Shown one piece after another: positions 27,011 to 39,311 of a DNA stretch of 64,000 bases. The DNA is taken from assembly GCA_964016885.1 (NCBI GenBank), contig OZ024742.1, positions 51,894,001-51,958,000 of the forward strand, read 5' to 3'. Position 1 is the first letter of the stretch; each line of letters begins with the position of its first letter. The notes under the pieces are model-generated. The model was not told where the DNA came from. It saw nothing but the letters and a program-made list of their open reading frames with translations, and made no database searches. The DNA comes from Eledone cirrhosa (lineage: Eukaryota). Position numbers and translations under genes: made by a program.

Positions 27011-27357
27011 GGTCATATATATGCATGTATGTATGTATATATATATATTTCTATGTGTGTCTGGGTGGTGGGGTGTGTGAGTGTTTGTATGAGAATGTTT
27101 GCTGTTTATATACGCCTGAAGATATATGTATATATATATATATATATGTGTGTGCGTGTGTGTGCATGTGTGTATGTTTGCGTTATGTGTGTAACAACTG
27201 TTACAGGCGGCGCGCCGTTCGAAATACTCAATGTTTTTACGAGGTCCGATTCGTTTGGTTTGTATTCCACAACTAGGCTGTAGTGTGCGCAGTGTACCCT
27301 GAGCGGATCTACATCGAAATAATTATAATATACAAATTAAATTTGTACATAGGCTGC

Positions 27358-27435
27358 AACACTGACAACGAGACTTTATATGTATATTTAAGGCTGTCGA
27401 AACGGCCGGAGCTCAGGCGTCGTGGTCCTGAATAT

Positions 27436-27440
<5 letters not shown>
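27358..27440 (+). ncRNA. Degenerate hammerhead of the 16602 family
   Basis: AACAC-TGACAA...AAGGCTGTC-GAAACGGC-CGGAGCTCA-GGCGTC-GTGGT followed by (TA)n. Confidence 0.5.
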
Positions 27441-27493
<53 letters not shown>

Positions 27494-27900
27494 TTAAAAA
27501 GATCGGAGCATACAACCAGTTGGTTTAGATTTATTTAACACTCCGTGATACATATTTCACCGTGGCCTATCAGAATGTCAAACACATATTTATATAAAGA
27601 ACAAAACAATGAACATATTTTAAAAAAAACTCTTTAAAAAAATGTTAAATTGTCTCGCAAAATATGTTCTATCCTTCGATCCCATGATACAAGGGACGGC
27701 AGGATACGTTGATGTTGTTTTCCGTTGACCAGCCCCCACATTATATATATAATATATATATAAATATATATATATATTTTTTAAAATAACAGATTAAAGT
27801 TAAACAAAGAATCGCTGCTTTCACCCTTAACGGGATTTTCTGATATATATTTATCCTTATCGAGCCCTCTTTGGATTTTAGTCTTCAAATTTATTATTAT

Positions 27901-27939
<39 letters not shown>

Positions 27940-28372
27940 AGCATATATGTAATATATGTATGCACGTATACATGCTTGTATACATGTATGCACCTGATTC
28001 TTTTGGATTATATATTTGATTGTATGACGTGAAGTTTGAAGAATCTGTCTATTAAGATCTGCTTTCAATTGCTAACAATGCAAGGATTATTGTTATTAAT
28101 ATCGTCTTTATATTTCTGACAGAATCTAATTTAATAGTTTCGTTTTTACTTTGTTGAAAAATCATAGCCCGAATAGTTAAATAGAACAAACAAAGATATT
28201 CAGCAAATTCAATGGATATGAGAAGCAGAACACTTAAATCATTGTTGTGATTCTAAATACTAAGGAAACATCTATTATTTTGCTACTGCAATGACGTTAT
28301 TTCCAACATCTGTATAGCACTCAATATTTACTCAGGAACACAAACACGCACGCACAGACAGACAGACAGACA

Positions 28373-28463
<91 letters not shown>

Positions 28464-29380
28464 ACACACAAATACACTCATAGATACAAACATACATACT
28501 TATAAGCATGCATGCATACGTATATGCATCAATCCATACATGCATATATAGATATATACGTACATATCTATATATACACATACACACATGTATATACGTA
28601 TATAAATTAGCAGTGGCACTAAGATAACGTTAAGTGTAATAGGGGTTGTATATGAAAGCATATGCTATAGGATTCTATACAATAAACATATGGTAACTAC
28701 GCTATCAAAGGAAAAATTATTTTTCATTACGAAAAAGTCATTTTTTTAAATTTTTATCCATAGAATGAAAGTAGTAGGCGAGAATGCCAGATAGCGCTCT
28801 TTCCAATTCATTAATCTCTCAGTAGCGACATACACTCAACCGGTACTGTCTAACATTGAAATAAACTATATACATTTTGCATGATGAACATTTCTGGAGG
28901 TGCTCACTTGCATATAGAAAATAAAATAAGTTTGGCTACAAATACTCATTTCTATTTAGTCCAAATGTGGCTGGTTATAATTAATTAGCAGTAGGACTAA
29001 GATTTGGCATAATGAACATTTGCTGTATATAGAGATAGGGAGAGATAGGGGCGGGGAGATATTGATGGAAAGATAGATAGACAGACATATATATATAAAT
29101 ATATATTAAAAGAGAGAAGTGAGATAAATTGATAGATAGATATGTTTCTTTATTAGCCACAGGGGCAAAAGGAAGGGGACAAATACAAAGGGGGAAGTTT
29201 ACATACAATGGAAACGTGTAAAATATTATCACAAATACAATTTAAACATTAGTCGATTTTCCCCAATAGGGGGAGACATTACATATGGGTAACATATACC
29301 CCCGAAAAAAATGTGCAACCCTCATCTCCAGGAGTACGAAGAGTTTGTACCCCTTTCCTCTCTTCCTCTTTTTCTTCAAC

Positions 29381-32300
29381 CTACAGGCTTATATAGAGAG
29401 ATTCTCGCCACTTTCACCCACCTTTCAAAAACTTGCTGGGATACAGCACCTCTCTCTCCATCCTGATTCTTCTTCCAAAGTGGTATTTAAAAAAAAAATA
29501 AGTTGTGGGCCGGAGAGAAAGGTGTCTGACCTCAGCCCTTTCAACCTTGTCCACCATACAACCTCTTTCGCCATAGCTATCACACAAAGGAAAACCGCCT
29601 CTCATTCGTTTTTGAAGAAGGCTGGTGGTTTGATCATGACAATGGGCTCGGTGGTCAACCGAATTGGTACCACTCGTGACAATAGTCGATCTACATAGCC
29701 CCAGAGGTCGGTAACGCCCGGACAGTGTATGAATGCGTGCGTGACGGTTTCTTCGTCTCGCACGCACCTCGGACAGATCGTTTTCGAAGGGTCCATGCCC
29801 GGGCGCCCATGTCTGTAGAGCTTGTCTAGAAATGGTAGAGATCCTCGGCAGCACTGCCAGGCCAGGGAATTTTGGAAGTTGTCCATCGGTCCCGGGCGGA
29901 AGGTCCTACTGAACAGACTGGCCAGTTCGTCCTCCTCTACGCCTAGAATGTCACCGAGCGCGTCGTCGCACTTGCTGCGGATCAATCCTCTATAGAATGA
30001 CGAAGTGGAGTCTCCACTGAGCGCCGGGTCCGCCTGCCAGAGAGCTGTGAGTGCCTGATCACATTCGATGTGCCAGTCGCCCATATTCCTCGGTCCTTGC
30101 TTGAGCCAGGATTGCAGCTCGGTCAGCAAGACGAGTCGTGGGAGGCTCGCGTCCGGTGAGGAATACGTAGAGATGTCGAAGCCTGTGCGCGTGTTTGCGC
30201 ATCGTCAACCTCTGCAACCCCAGCCCTCCGTTCGAAGGGTGTTGGCAGCAGATGGATCTTCTCAGCAAAGGAGCCCGCCTCTTCCAAAGGAATTGGAAGA
30301 GCGCGCGCTCCATTTTGGTGAGCGTTGTGGCTGGAAAGGAAGGACGGTCAAACGGTAGTAGATGGCGGACGCTATAAAAGTGTTCGCCACCTCCTCTCGA
30401 CCTTTCAAGGATAGTTTGCACTCGGCCCACTTATGGGTGAGTGCAAACACCTTGGCCGCCACCTCATTCCAGTTCTTCTCCACCTGGAGGTCCGGACCAA
30501 ACCAGACCCCTAGCAGCTTTACCGGTCCTTCCGTCCAGCATCCGACGACGCCATCGGAAGGCATCGGTCTGCCTCTCCACGATCCGAGTTGCAAACCGAT
30601 GGACTTGTTCCGGTTCAGCTTCGCTCCTGTGAAACTTGCGTATTCCTTCAGTAAGGTGCCAACCTCCTCGATTTGCGAGGTGCTTGAGGCCATCACGGTC
30701 ATGTTGTCAGCGTAGGCCGACGCCGCCTTTCGCAGTCTCGGTTCCAGAGGGATGCCCTGCAATAGCTTCAACTTCCGCAGTAGTGGCTCGAGAGTCAGTA
30801 CGTACAGAAGGGAGGAGAGAGGGCATCCCTGTCAAATGAATCGCGTGATATGGAACGACTCCGAGAGGTAGCCGTTCACCTTGACCCTTGAGCAGATGTT
30901 GCTGTTGTGCATTGCAGCAATCTAGCCTCTGAACACGGGTCCGAAGCCTGCTGCCTCGAGCACCGCATGCAGGTAACGATTGTCAACCCTATCGAAAGCC
31001 TTAGACTGATCCATGTTGATCAGGGCCTCACCGAAGCCAGGTTTACACCCTACCCTCTCTATGATGTATCGCATGAGGTGGAGGTTGTCGTGTATGGACC
31101 TGGTCGGGATTGCGCATGTCTGTGCTTCTCCCACCAGGTTCTCGACGACAAGCGCCAGCCTCTTTGCCAACACCTTGGCCACAATCTGTAACTCTGTGTT
31201 TAGCAGAGTTGTGGGCCGGAAGTTGACTATGTGATCCCCCTTATTATCGTCCTTCCTGACTATTGTGACTACGCCCCCGGTCACAGAACTGGGAATTCTC
31301 CCGTTCTGCTGCCAGTTGCAGTAGACCGCTTCCAGGAGACCGGATAATAAGTCCGGCATTGCTACGTAAAATTCGTAGGGTAGACCGTGGAGATCTGGAG
31401 ATTTGCGTTTGCGGCATTGGCTCAGTGCGTCCCCTATCTCGGCGGCTGGAATCGGTTTTTCGCAGAGCTTCGCCTCGCTGTCCGAGAGTCGCGGCAGGCC
31501 GTCGAGGTATGGACCGAAATCCATAGATCCTCCAAGCGTGCCGCCCTGCCCGAACAGTTGAACAATGTGCCGCTGAAAGGCCGCGCACATCTGCTTCGGT
31601 TCGCGTCTCACGGGTCCGTCTTAGTTCTTCAAAGACCGAATCGTGGATTTTTGCCACTTTTTGCCTCCGTCACTCAGGCCCAGCTAACAGCTTTGGCTCC
31701 CTCGTTTCCCAGAGCACATACTTTACTTCTGACAACGCAGCCCTCGTGCTTTGCGTCGAAGAACTGGTACAAGGCCGTTCTCGTTGCTAGCACGCTGGCT
31801 ACTTTGACACTTCTAATTGCCTCTTCCACTTTATCTACCAGTTCCTTCTCGGTCCTATTTCTATTTAACGCTAATTCTTTACTAAACACTAAGGAGTCTA
31901 ATCTAACTGCCCTCTTGAGAGAGTACCACCATCTGTTGTTGACAATGGCCCCTGTCAAGTGCTGTTTAACTAAAGTGCTAATCCGTCTACTGTAGGCTTT
32001 GCATGTCGGTAACGACAAGTTCAGATTCCAGTAGCCCGGTGCTTGTCTATGGGATCTATCAAGGTTGACCATGCAGGTCACTAGTTTGTGATCTGAATAG
32101 GCAACCATGAACATTTGTGGACAGCTTAACATGTCCCTATCCTTAGTTCTAACTAGCACCATATCTAGGTACGATCTAGATGTTCCGCTACGATTAGTCC
32201 ACGTTCACAGTGGCACAGTCGGAAAATCTAGTCGATATTTATCGGCCAGGTCAACTCGGCCGATTAACTGTTTGATGCTGTTACACACCCCTTTATCGGA

Positions 32301-32769
32301 ACATGCCCCTACATAGTCCCAAATGTGCATCTAGGATTCCATTCCAGTCTCCCACCAACAGCAGGGAGCGGAAGGTTCCAAGAAAAGTCTCTAGACGTAT
32401 GAAGAAGTCTGGCTGCGGTGTCCCGGATTGGGCATATGCGGCCACCAGCCTGAAGGCTCCACCTTCACTACCGTCAACATCTAGTACCACCAGTCGACCC
32501 TCCGGGTCCAGATGTACCGTCTGTGTTACGAGGTCCAGGTGCTTCCGCAGCAAAACGGCGACCCCACCCCCACCTCCCGGGTGACAGAGAAATGCGTAGA
32601 TCTCAATGTCGTCGAACACGGCGGCCAGTTGTCGCTCGCTGTGGATCCTGGACTCGCAAATGACTACTACATCCATACTGTGTAATCTGAGGTCGTTTAA
32701 GAGTTTGCCCTGTTTCCAGAGCATCCCCAGGCTGCGTACATTCACACATCCAACTCTTATATTGGCCAT
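29381..32769 (-). pseudogene. Copy A ORF2 pseudogene (APE endonuclease-RT-zinc finger)
   Basis: ORF pieces 32293-32769, 31674-32162, 30922-31611, 30262-30771 and 29602-30129. YADD is mutated to YADN, with frameshifts and stops. Confidence 0.92.
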
Positions 32770-32809
32770 GTTGTTGCTGAAAAGTTAAAAGAAGAGAAAA
32801 TGAAATCAC

Positions 32810-34560
32810 TCACCTCTTCGTCTCCTGGGGACGGTGGTCTCTGGCGTGGTGGGGACGGAGATGTTTGGTGGGGAGGAGGTGTCAGGTATGTCGGGGTGTC
32901 TGGGGTGGGGGTGGGGAAACATTTCAAAAGGACGTGGTTATAGGGTTTAACGTAGGGGTTACTTGCGTCGTTAGGAAATTTTTCTTTTAACTGTTTATGT
33001 GAGTCGATGCAGATCCTAATCATTTTGAGATTAGGATTCTCCGAAGAGTGTGTAAAAGTTTTCCCTTCGGTCTCCACCGAAGTGTTTTTATATATGGTGT
33101 CTGTTAAAGTTTTATTGTTAGTATTTATGTAGGTGTAACATTTTTGTTGTGTTGTGTTACTTTTTGTTTGTGGTTCTTGTGTGTGTTTACGTTTTGTAGT
33201 AGGTGTTTTGTTTTCAGGAGAGGGTGTTTTTGTTTGTGCTGTTTGCGTCACTTGTGTTGGTGTTTGTGTGTTTGTTGCATTTTTGTTTGTGTTATGTCTT
33301 TTCTTTTTTATTTTTACTGGTCGAAAAGGCTCTCCCTCATCGTCACTGAGTGACGATAATGAGGCCTCATCCTTGTTATTGGGGAGTGGTACATTTTGGG
33401 GCGCTGTTATGCGTATGGGTGTTTCTAGAGTTGTTTTAGGTGGGGAGGGTTGGGTGGGACTGTGTTTGTCGTTTGTTTTGTTGTCACTATTTTGTATGTT
33501 GTTGTTGTGGTGGTGGTGGTGGTGATTGTTGTGCTGGTGTTGTTAGGTGTTGGCAGTAATGCCTTTTTTTGGCTAGTTAGCCGAGGACAGGAAGCTCTCA
33601 GGTGACCCCTGCTTAGGCAGTGGTAACATGAGGGCCGCCTACCCTCGACCGAAATTTTATGTATATAAGCCCATCCAGCAGCACACGTTCCGGGATCCTA
33701 GCTATTCGTTCTGGTGTCATTTGGACCAGAATTTCCAGGTTAGTACCACTGAACAGGTCGCCGGAGGACTAATCTACCGATATTATTGAGTCTTTTTCTA
33801 GGTTTAAAATTCCACATAGTACCCACCAAATATCAATGTTTGGTGTGATACTTTTGATTTTGATTTTCTGTGGTCTTTTCCCCATGTAAGTGGGGAAAAA
33901 GGTGAACATGGGTGACACAATTGGCGACACTGAATATTTCTGTGCCGTCAGTTGGTCTTTCATCAGAATGGATAAACTCCCGTAGAGTCTACCCTTCTGA
34001 ATGAAAGCAATGTCTTTTAAGGCATCTTCTAAAACCAACTCAATTTCGCCTTGTGGAAGTTGAGTCGGTTTTCGGGTTCTGTTTGAGACAGTCCTGAAAA
34101 CCACAGTTTTCAAAGCAGCTTCTCTTCGCAAATCTGGGGGAGAGTTTATGGAGAAGGATCCGTCTCCCCAAAAGTTATGTACTGTCTGGCGTTATTCAAA
34201 AGCTCATTTGCATTTGAAATATCTAGTAGCTTACCGTTTTCTTTACGGTTTGCGCAAACGATATCCTTGTCGTTTACTTCATTGTTGCAGTTATTGTTCT
34301 TGTTGTTGTTGTTATTGTTCTTGTTGTTGGTGTTGTTTTCGTTCATAGCATTGTTGTTTTTGTTGTTGCTGGTGCCACTCGTTGTGTCGTTTTTGTTCAT
34401 TGTTTCACACTTTTTGTTTTGGTTTGTTGCTATGGCAACATCAAGATGTCGGTTAGCGGGTGGAGAAAATCCTTTCTCTTGCTGACCTTTGTCTTTGACA
34501 TCTGCTACTATGACAGTGGTAGGGGAAAGCTGTAAACATATCTTCCCCTTTCCTCCTTGG
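32810..34560 (-). pseudogene. Copy A ORF1 pseudogene (Asn-rich N-terminus, zinc knuckle, Pro/Thr-rich linker)
   Basis: ORF pieces 34146-34400, 33769-34131 and 32757-33251 are homologous to ORF1 of copies C and D. Confidence 0.88.
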
Positions 34561-34744
34561 AAAAAATTGTTTATGAACTATTTCGCCTAAAGGCGTCGAA
34601 TATTTTGAGAGACTGACCAGATCAAAATTTGACCTGGAAGTCCCTCAACAAATTGGTATTAAAATGAGGGTTCACAGTTAAGAGTTTCTATAAAAATTTA
34701 GGCAGAACTTACCCAGCAAGTTTCACGCGTGTGTCTATCCCAGA

Positions 34745-34765
34745 GATAGATAGATAGATAGATAT

Positions 34766-34859
<94 letters not shown>

Positions 34860-34918
34860 CATGTTAGATAGAAAGATAGATAGATAGATCATGTTAGATA
34901 GAAAGATAGATAGATAGA
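34745..34918. repeat. (GATA)n spacer between copies A and B, with a duplicated 30-bp variant unit
   Basis: CATGTTAGATAGAAAGATAGATAGATAGAT occurs twice (34860-34919). Confidence 0.95.
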
Positions 34919-35568
34919 TTTCTTTATTAGCCACAGGGGCACAAAAGAAGGGGACAAATACAAAGGGGGTGTTTACATACAATAAAAACGTGTAAAATGT
35001 TATCACAAATGGAATTTAAAAAGTTAGTCGATTTTCCCCAATAGAGGGAGACAGTTTATATGGGTAACACATACCCCCGAAAAAAAATGTGCAACCCTCA
35101 TCTCCAGGAGTACGAAGAGCTTGTACTCCTTTCCTCTCCTCCTCCTTTTCCTCAACCTACAGGCTGATATAGAGAGAAGGCCCATTCACTCGGGCCATTC
35201 TCGCCACTTTCACCCACCTTTCATAAAACTTGCTGGGGTACAGCACCTCTCTCTCCATCCTGATTCTTCTTCCAAAGTGGTATTTGAAAAAAAGAATCAG
35301 TTGTTGGCCGGAGAGAAAGGTGTCTGACCTCAGCCCTTTCAACTTTGTCCACCATACAACCTCTTTCGCCATAGCTATCACACAAAGGAAAACCGCCTCT
35401 CCTTCGTTTTTGAAGGAGGGTGGCGGTTTGATCATGACAATGGACTCGGTGGTCAACTGGATTGGTCCCACCCGCGACAATAGTCGTTCTACATAGCCCC
35501 ACAGGTCAGTGACGCCCGGGCAGTGTATGAATGCGTGCGCGACGGTTTCTTCGTCTCGCACGCACCTC
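34919..35568 (-). mobile_element. L1/Tx1-like copy B, 5'-truncated (650 bp) with 23-bp TSD
   Basis: Nearly identical to the 3' end of copy C. AGATAGAAAGATAGATAGATAGA occurs at 34896-34918 and 35569-35591. Confidence 0.95.
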
Positions 35569-35840
35569 AGATAGAAAGATAGATAGATAGATAGATAGAT
35601 ATATTTCTTTATTAGCCACAGGGGCACAAAAGAAGGGGACAAATACAAAGGGGGAAGTTTACATACAATAAAAACGTGTAAAATGTTATCACAGATGGAA
35701 TTTAAAAGTTAGTCGATTTTCCCCAATAGAGGGAGACAGTTTATATGGGTAACACATACCCCCGAAAAAAATGTGCAACCCTCATCTCCAGGAGTACGAA
35801 GAGCTTGTACTCCTTTCCTCTCCTCCTCCTTTTCCTCAAT

Positions 35841-38800
35841 CTACAGGCTGATATAGAGAGAAGGCCCATTCACTCGGGCCATTCTCGCCACTTTCACCCA
35901 CCTTTCATAAAACTTGCTGGGGTACAGCACCTCTCTCTCCATCCTGATTCTTCTTCCAAAGTGGTATTTGAAAAAAAGAATCAGTTGTTGGCCGGAGAGA
36001 AAGGTGTCTGACCTCAGCCCTTTCAACCTTGTCCACCATACAACCTCTTTCGCCATAGCTATCACACAAAGGAAAACCGCCTCTCCTTCGTTTTTGAAGG
36101 AGGGTGGCGGTTTGATCATGACAATGGACTCGGTGGTCAACTGGATTGGTCCCACCCACGACAATAGTCGTTCTACATATCCCCACAGGTCAGTGACGCC
36201 CGAGCAGTGTATGAATGCGTGCGCGACGGTTTCTTCGTCTCGCACGCACCTCGGACAGATCTTTTTTGCAGGGTCCCCGCCCGGGCGCCTATGTCTGTAG
36301 AGCTTGTCTCGAACTGGTAGAGCTCCTCGGTAGCACTGCCAGGCCAGGGACTTTTGGAAGTTGTCCATCGGTCCCGGGCGGAAGGTCCTACCGAACAGAC
36401 TGGCCAGTTCATCTTCCTCCACGCCTAGAGTTTCACCGAGCGCGTCGTCGCACTTGCTGCGGACCAACCCTCTATAGAATGACGAAGTGGAGTCTCCACT
36501 GATCGCCGGGTCCGCCTGCCAGAGGGCTGTGAGCGCCTGAGCACATTCGATGTGCCAGTCGCCCATTTTCCTCGGTCTCTGCTTGACCCAGGACTGCAGC
36601 TCGGTCAGTGAGACGAGTCGTGGGAAGGCTCGCCTCACGAACGGGGCCCACACCGGTTGTCCGGTGAGGAATACGTAGAGTTGCCGCAGCCTGAACGCGT
36701 GTTTGCGCATCGTCAACCACGGCATCCCCAGCCCTCCGTTAGAAGGGTGTTGGCAGCAGATGGATCTTCTTACCAAAGGAGCCCGCCTCTTCCAAAGGAA
36801 TCGGAAGAGGGCGCGCTCCATTTTGGCGAGCGTTTTGGCTGGACAAGGCACGACGGTCAAGCGGTAGTAGATGGCGGACGCTATAAAAGTGTTTGCCACC
36901 TCCGCTCGACCTTTCAAGGATAGTTTGCACTCGGCCCACTTCTGGGTGAGTGCAAACACCTTGGCCGTCACTTCGTTCCAGTTCTTCTCCACCTGGAGGT
37001 CCGGACCAAACCAGACCCCGAGCAGCTTTACCGGTCCTTCCGTCCAGCGTCCGACGACGCCATCGGAAGGCATCGGTCTGCTTCTCCACGATCCGAGTTG
37101 CAAACCGATGGACTTGTCCCGGTTCAGCTTCGCTCCTGTGAGACTTTCGTATTCCTTTAGTAAGGTGCCGACTTTCTCGATTTGCGAGGCGCTCGACACC
37201 ATTACTGTCACGTCGTCGGCGTAGGCCGACGCCGCTTTCCGCAGTCCCGGTTCCAGAGGGATGCCCTGCAATAGCTCCAGCTTCCGCAGTAGTGGCTCGA
37301 GAGTCAGTACGTACAGAAGGGAGGAGAGAGGGCATCCCTGTCAAATGAATCGCGTGATATGGAACGACTCCGAGAGGTAGCCGTTCACCTTGACCCTTGA
37401 GCAGATGTTGCTGTTGTGCATTGCAGCAATCTAGCCTCTGAACACGGGTCCGAAGCCTGCTGCCTCGAGCACCGCATCCAGGTAACGATTGTCAACCCTA
37501 TCGAAAGCCTTAGACTGATCCATGTTGATCAGGGCCTCACCGAAGCCAGGTTTACACCCTACCCTCTCTATGATGTATCGCATGAGGTGGAGGTTGTCGT
37601 GTATGGACCTGGTCGGGATTGCGCATGTCTGTGCTTCTCCCACCAGGTTCTCGACGACAAGCGCCAGCCTCTTTGCCAACACCTTGGCGACAATCTGTAA
37701 CTCTGTGTTTAGCAGAGTTGTGGGCCGGAAGTTGACTATGTGATCCCCCTTATTATCGTCCTTCCTGACTATTGTGACTACGCCCCCGGTCACAGAACTG
37801 GGAATTCTCCCGTTCTGCTGCCAGTTGCAGTAGACCGCTTCCAGGAGACCGGATAATAAGTCCGGCATTGCTATGTAAAATTCGTAGGGTAGACCGTCGA
37901 GACCTGGAGATTTGCGTTTGCCGCATTGGCTCAGCGCGTCCCCTATCTCAGTGGCTGAAATCGGCTTTTCGCAGAACTTCGCCTCGCTGTCCGAGAGTCG
38001 CGGTAGGCCGTCGAGGTATGGACCGAAATCCATAGCCTCTCCCGGCGCGCCGCTCCCCCCGAACAGCCGAGCAAAGTGCCGCTGAAAAGCCGCACATATC
38101 TGCTTCGGCTCACGTATCACGCGTCCGTTTTGGTCCTTCAAAGACCGAATCGTGGACTTGTTGCCACTTTTTGCCTCCGTCACTCGGGCCCAGCTAACAG
38201 CTTTGGCTCCCTCGTTTCCCAGAGCACGGATTTTGCTTCTTACAACGCAGCCCTCGTGCTTTGCGTCGAAGAACTGGTCCAAGGCCGTTCTCGTTGCTAG
38301 CACGCTGGCTACGTTGCCACTTCTAATAGCCTCTTCTACTTTATCTACCAGTTCCTTCTCGGTTCTATTTCTATCTAACGCTAATTCTTTACTAAAAACT
38401 ATCGAGTCTAATCTAACTGCCCTCTTGAGAGAGTACCACCATCTGTTGTTGACAATGGCCCCTGTCAAGTGCTGTTTAACTAAAGTGCTAATCCGTCTAC
38501 TGTAGGCTTTGCTTGTCGGTAACGACAAGTTCAGCTTCCAGTAGCCGGGTCCTTGTCTATGGGTTCTATCAAGGTTGGCCATGCAGGTCACTAGTTTGTG
38601 ATCTGAATAGGCAACCATGAACATTTGTGGACAGCTTAACATGTCCCTATCCTTATTTCTAACTAGAACCCTATCTAGGTACGATCTAGATGTTCCGCTA
38701 CGATTACTCCACGTCCACAGTGGCGCAGTCGGAAAATCTAGTCGATATCTATCGGCCAGGTCAAATCGGTCGATTAACTGTTTGAGGCTGTTACACCCCC

Positions 38801-39278
38801 CTTTATCGGGACATGCTCCCACATAGTCCCAACGTGCATCTAGGATTCCATTCCAGTTCCCCACTAAAAGCAAGGAGCGGGACGTTCCCAGAAAAGTCTC
38901 TAGACGTTTGAAGATGTCTGGCCGCGGTGTCCCGGATGGGGCATATGCGGCCACCAGCCTGAACGCTCCACCTTCACTACCGTCAACGTCTAGGACCACC
39001 AGTCGACCCTCCGGGTCCAGATGTACCGTCTGTGTTACGAGGCCCAGGTGTTTCCGCAGCAAAACGGCAACTCCGCCCCCACCCCCCGGTTGACAGAGAG
39101 ATGCGTAGATCTCAAAGTCATCGAAGATGGGGGCCAGCTGTCGCTCGCCGTGGATCCTGGACTCGCAAATGGCTACCACATCCAAACTGTGCGACCTGAG
39201 GTCGTTTAAGAGTTTGCCCTGTGTCCAGGGCATCCCCAGGCCGCGTACGTTCACACATCCAACTCTTATATTGGCCAT
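35841..39278 (-). pseudogene. Copy C ORF2, single frame with two premature stops (37431-33, 37341-43)
   Basis: ORFs 37431-39278 and 35841-37271 are in the same frame. APE motifs (NVRGL, SDH), QGCPLS, YADD, CPRC-x8-H-x4-C. Confidence 0.93.
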
Positions 39279-39311
39279 GTTGGTGCTGAAAAGTTAAAAG
39301 AGGAAAAGAGA

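Larger units (their letters stand above)
29145..34742 (-). mobile_element. L1/Tx1-like LINE copy A, full length, decayed
   Basis: Fragmented ORF1 (CCHC knuckle SCYHCLSRGHLRASC) and ORF2 (APE, RT, C-terminal CCHC). 3' end AATAAAGAAA abuts (TATC)n. Confidence 0.95.

Noticed and set aside
27298-27573. Two further hammerhead-like strings (CTGAGCG...GAAATAATTATA; minus CTGATAG...GAAATATGTATC)
   Set aside because: Cores are mismatched and helix I is lacking, so they are not distinguishable from chance.
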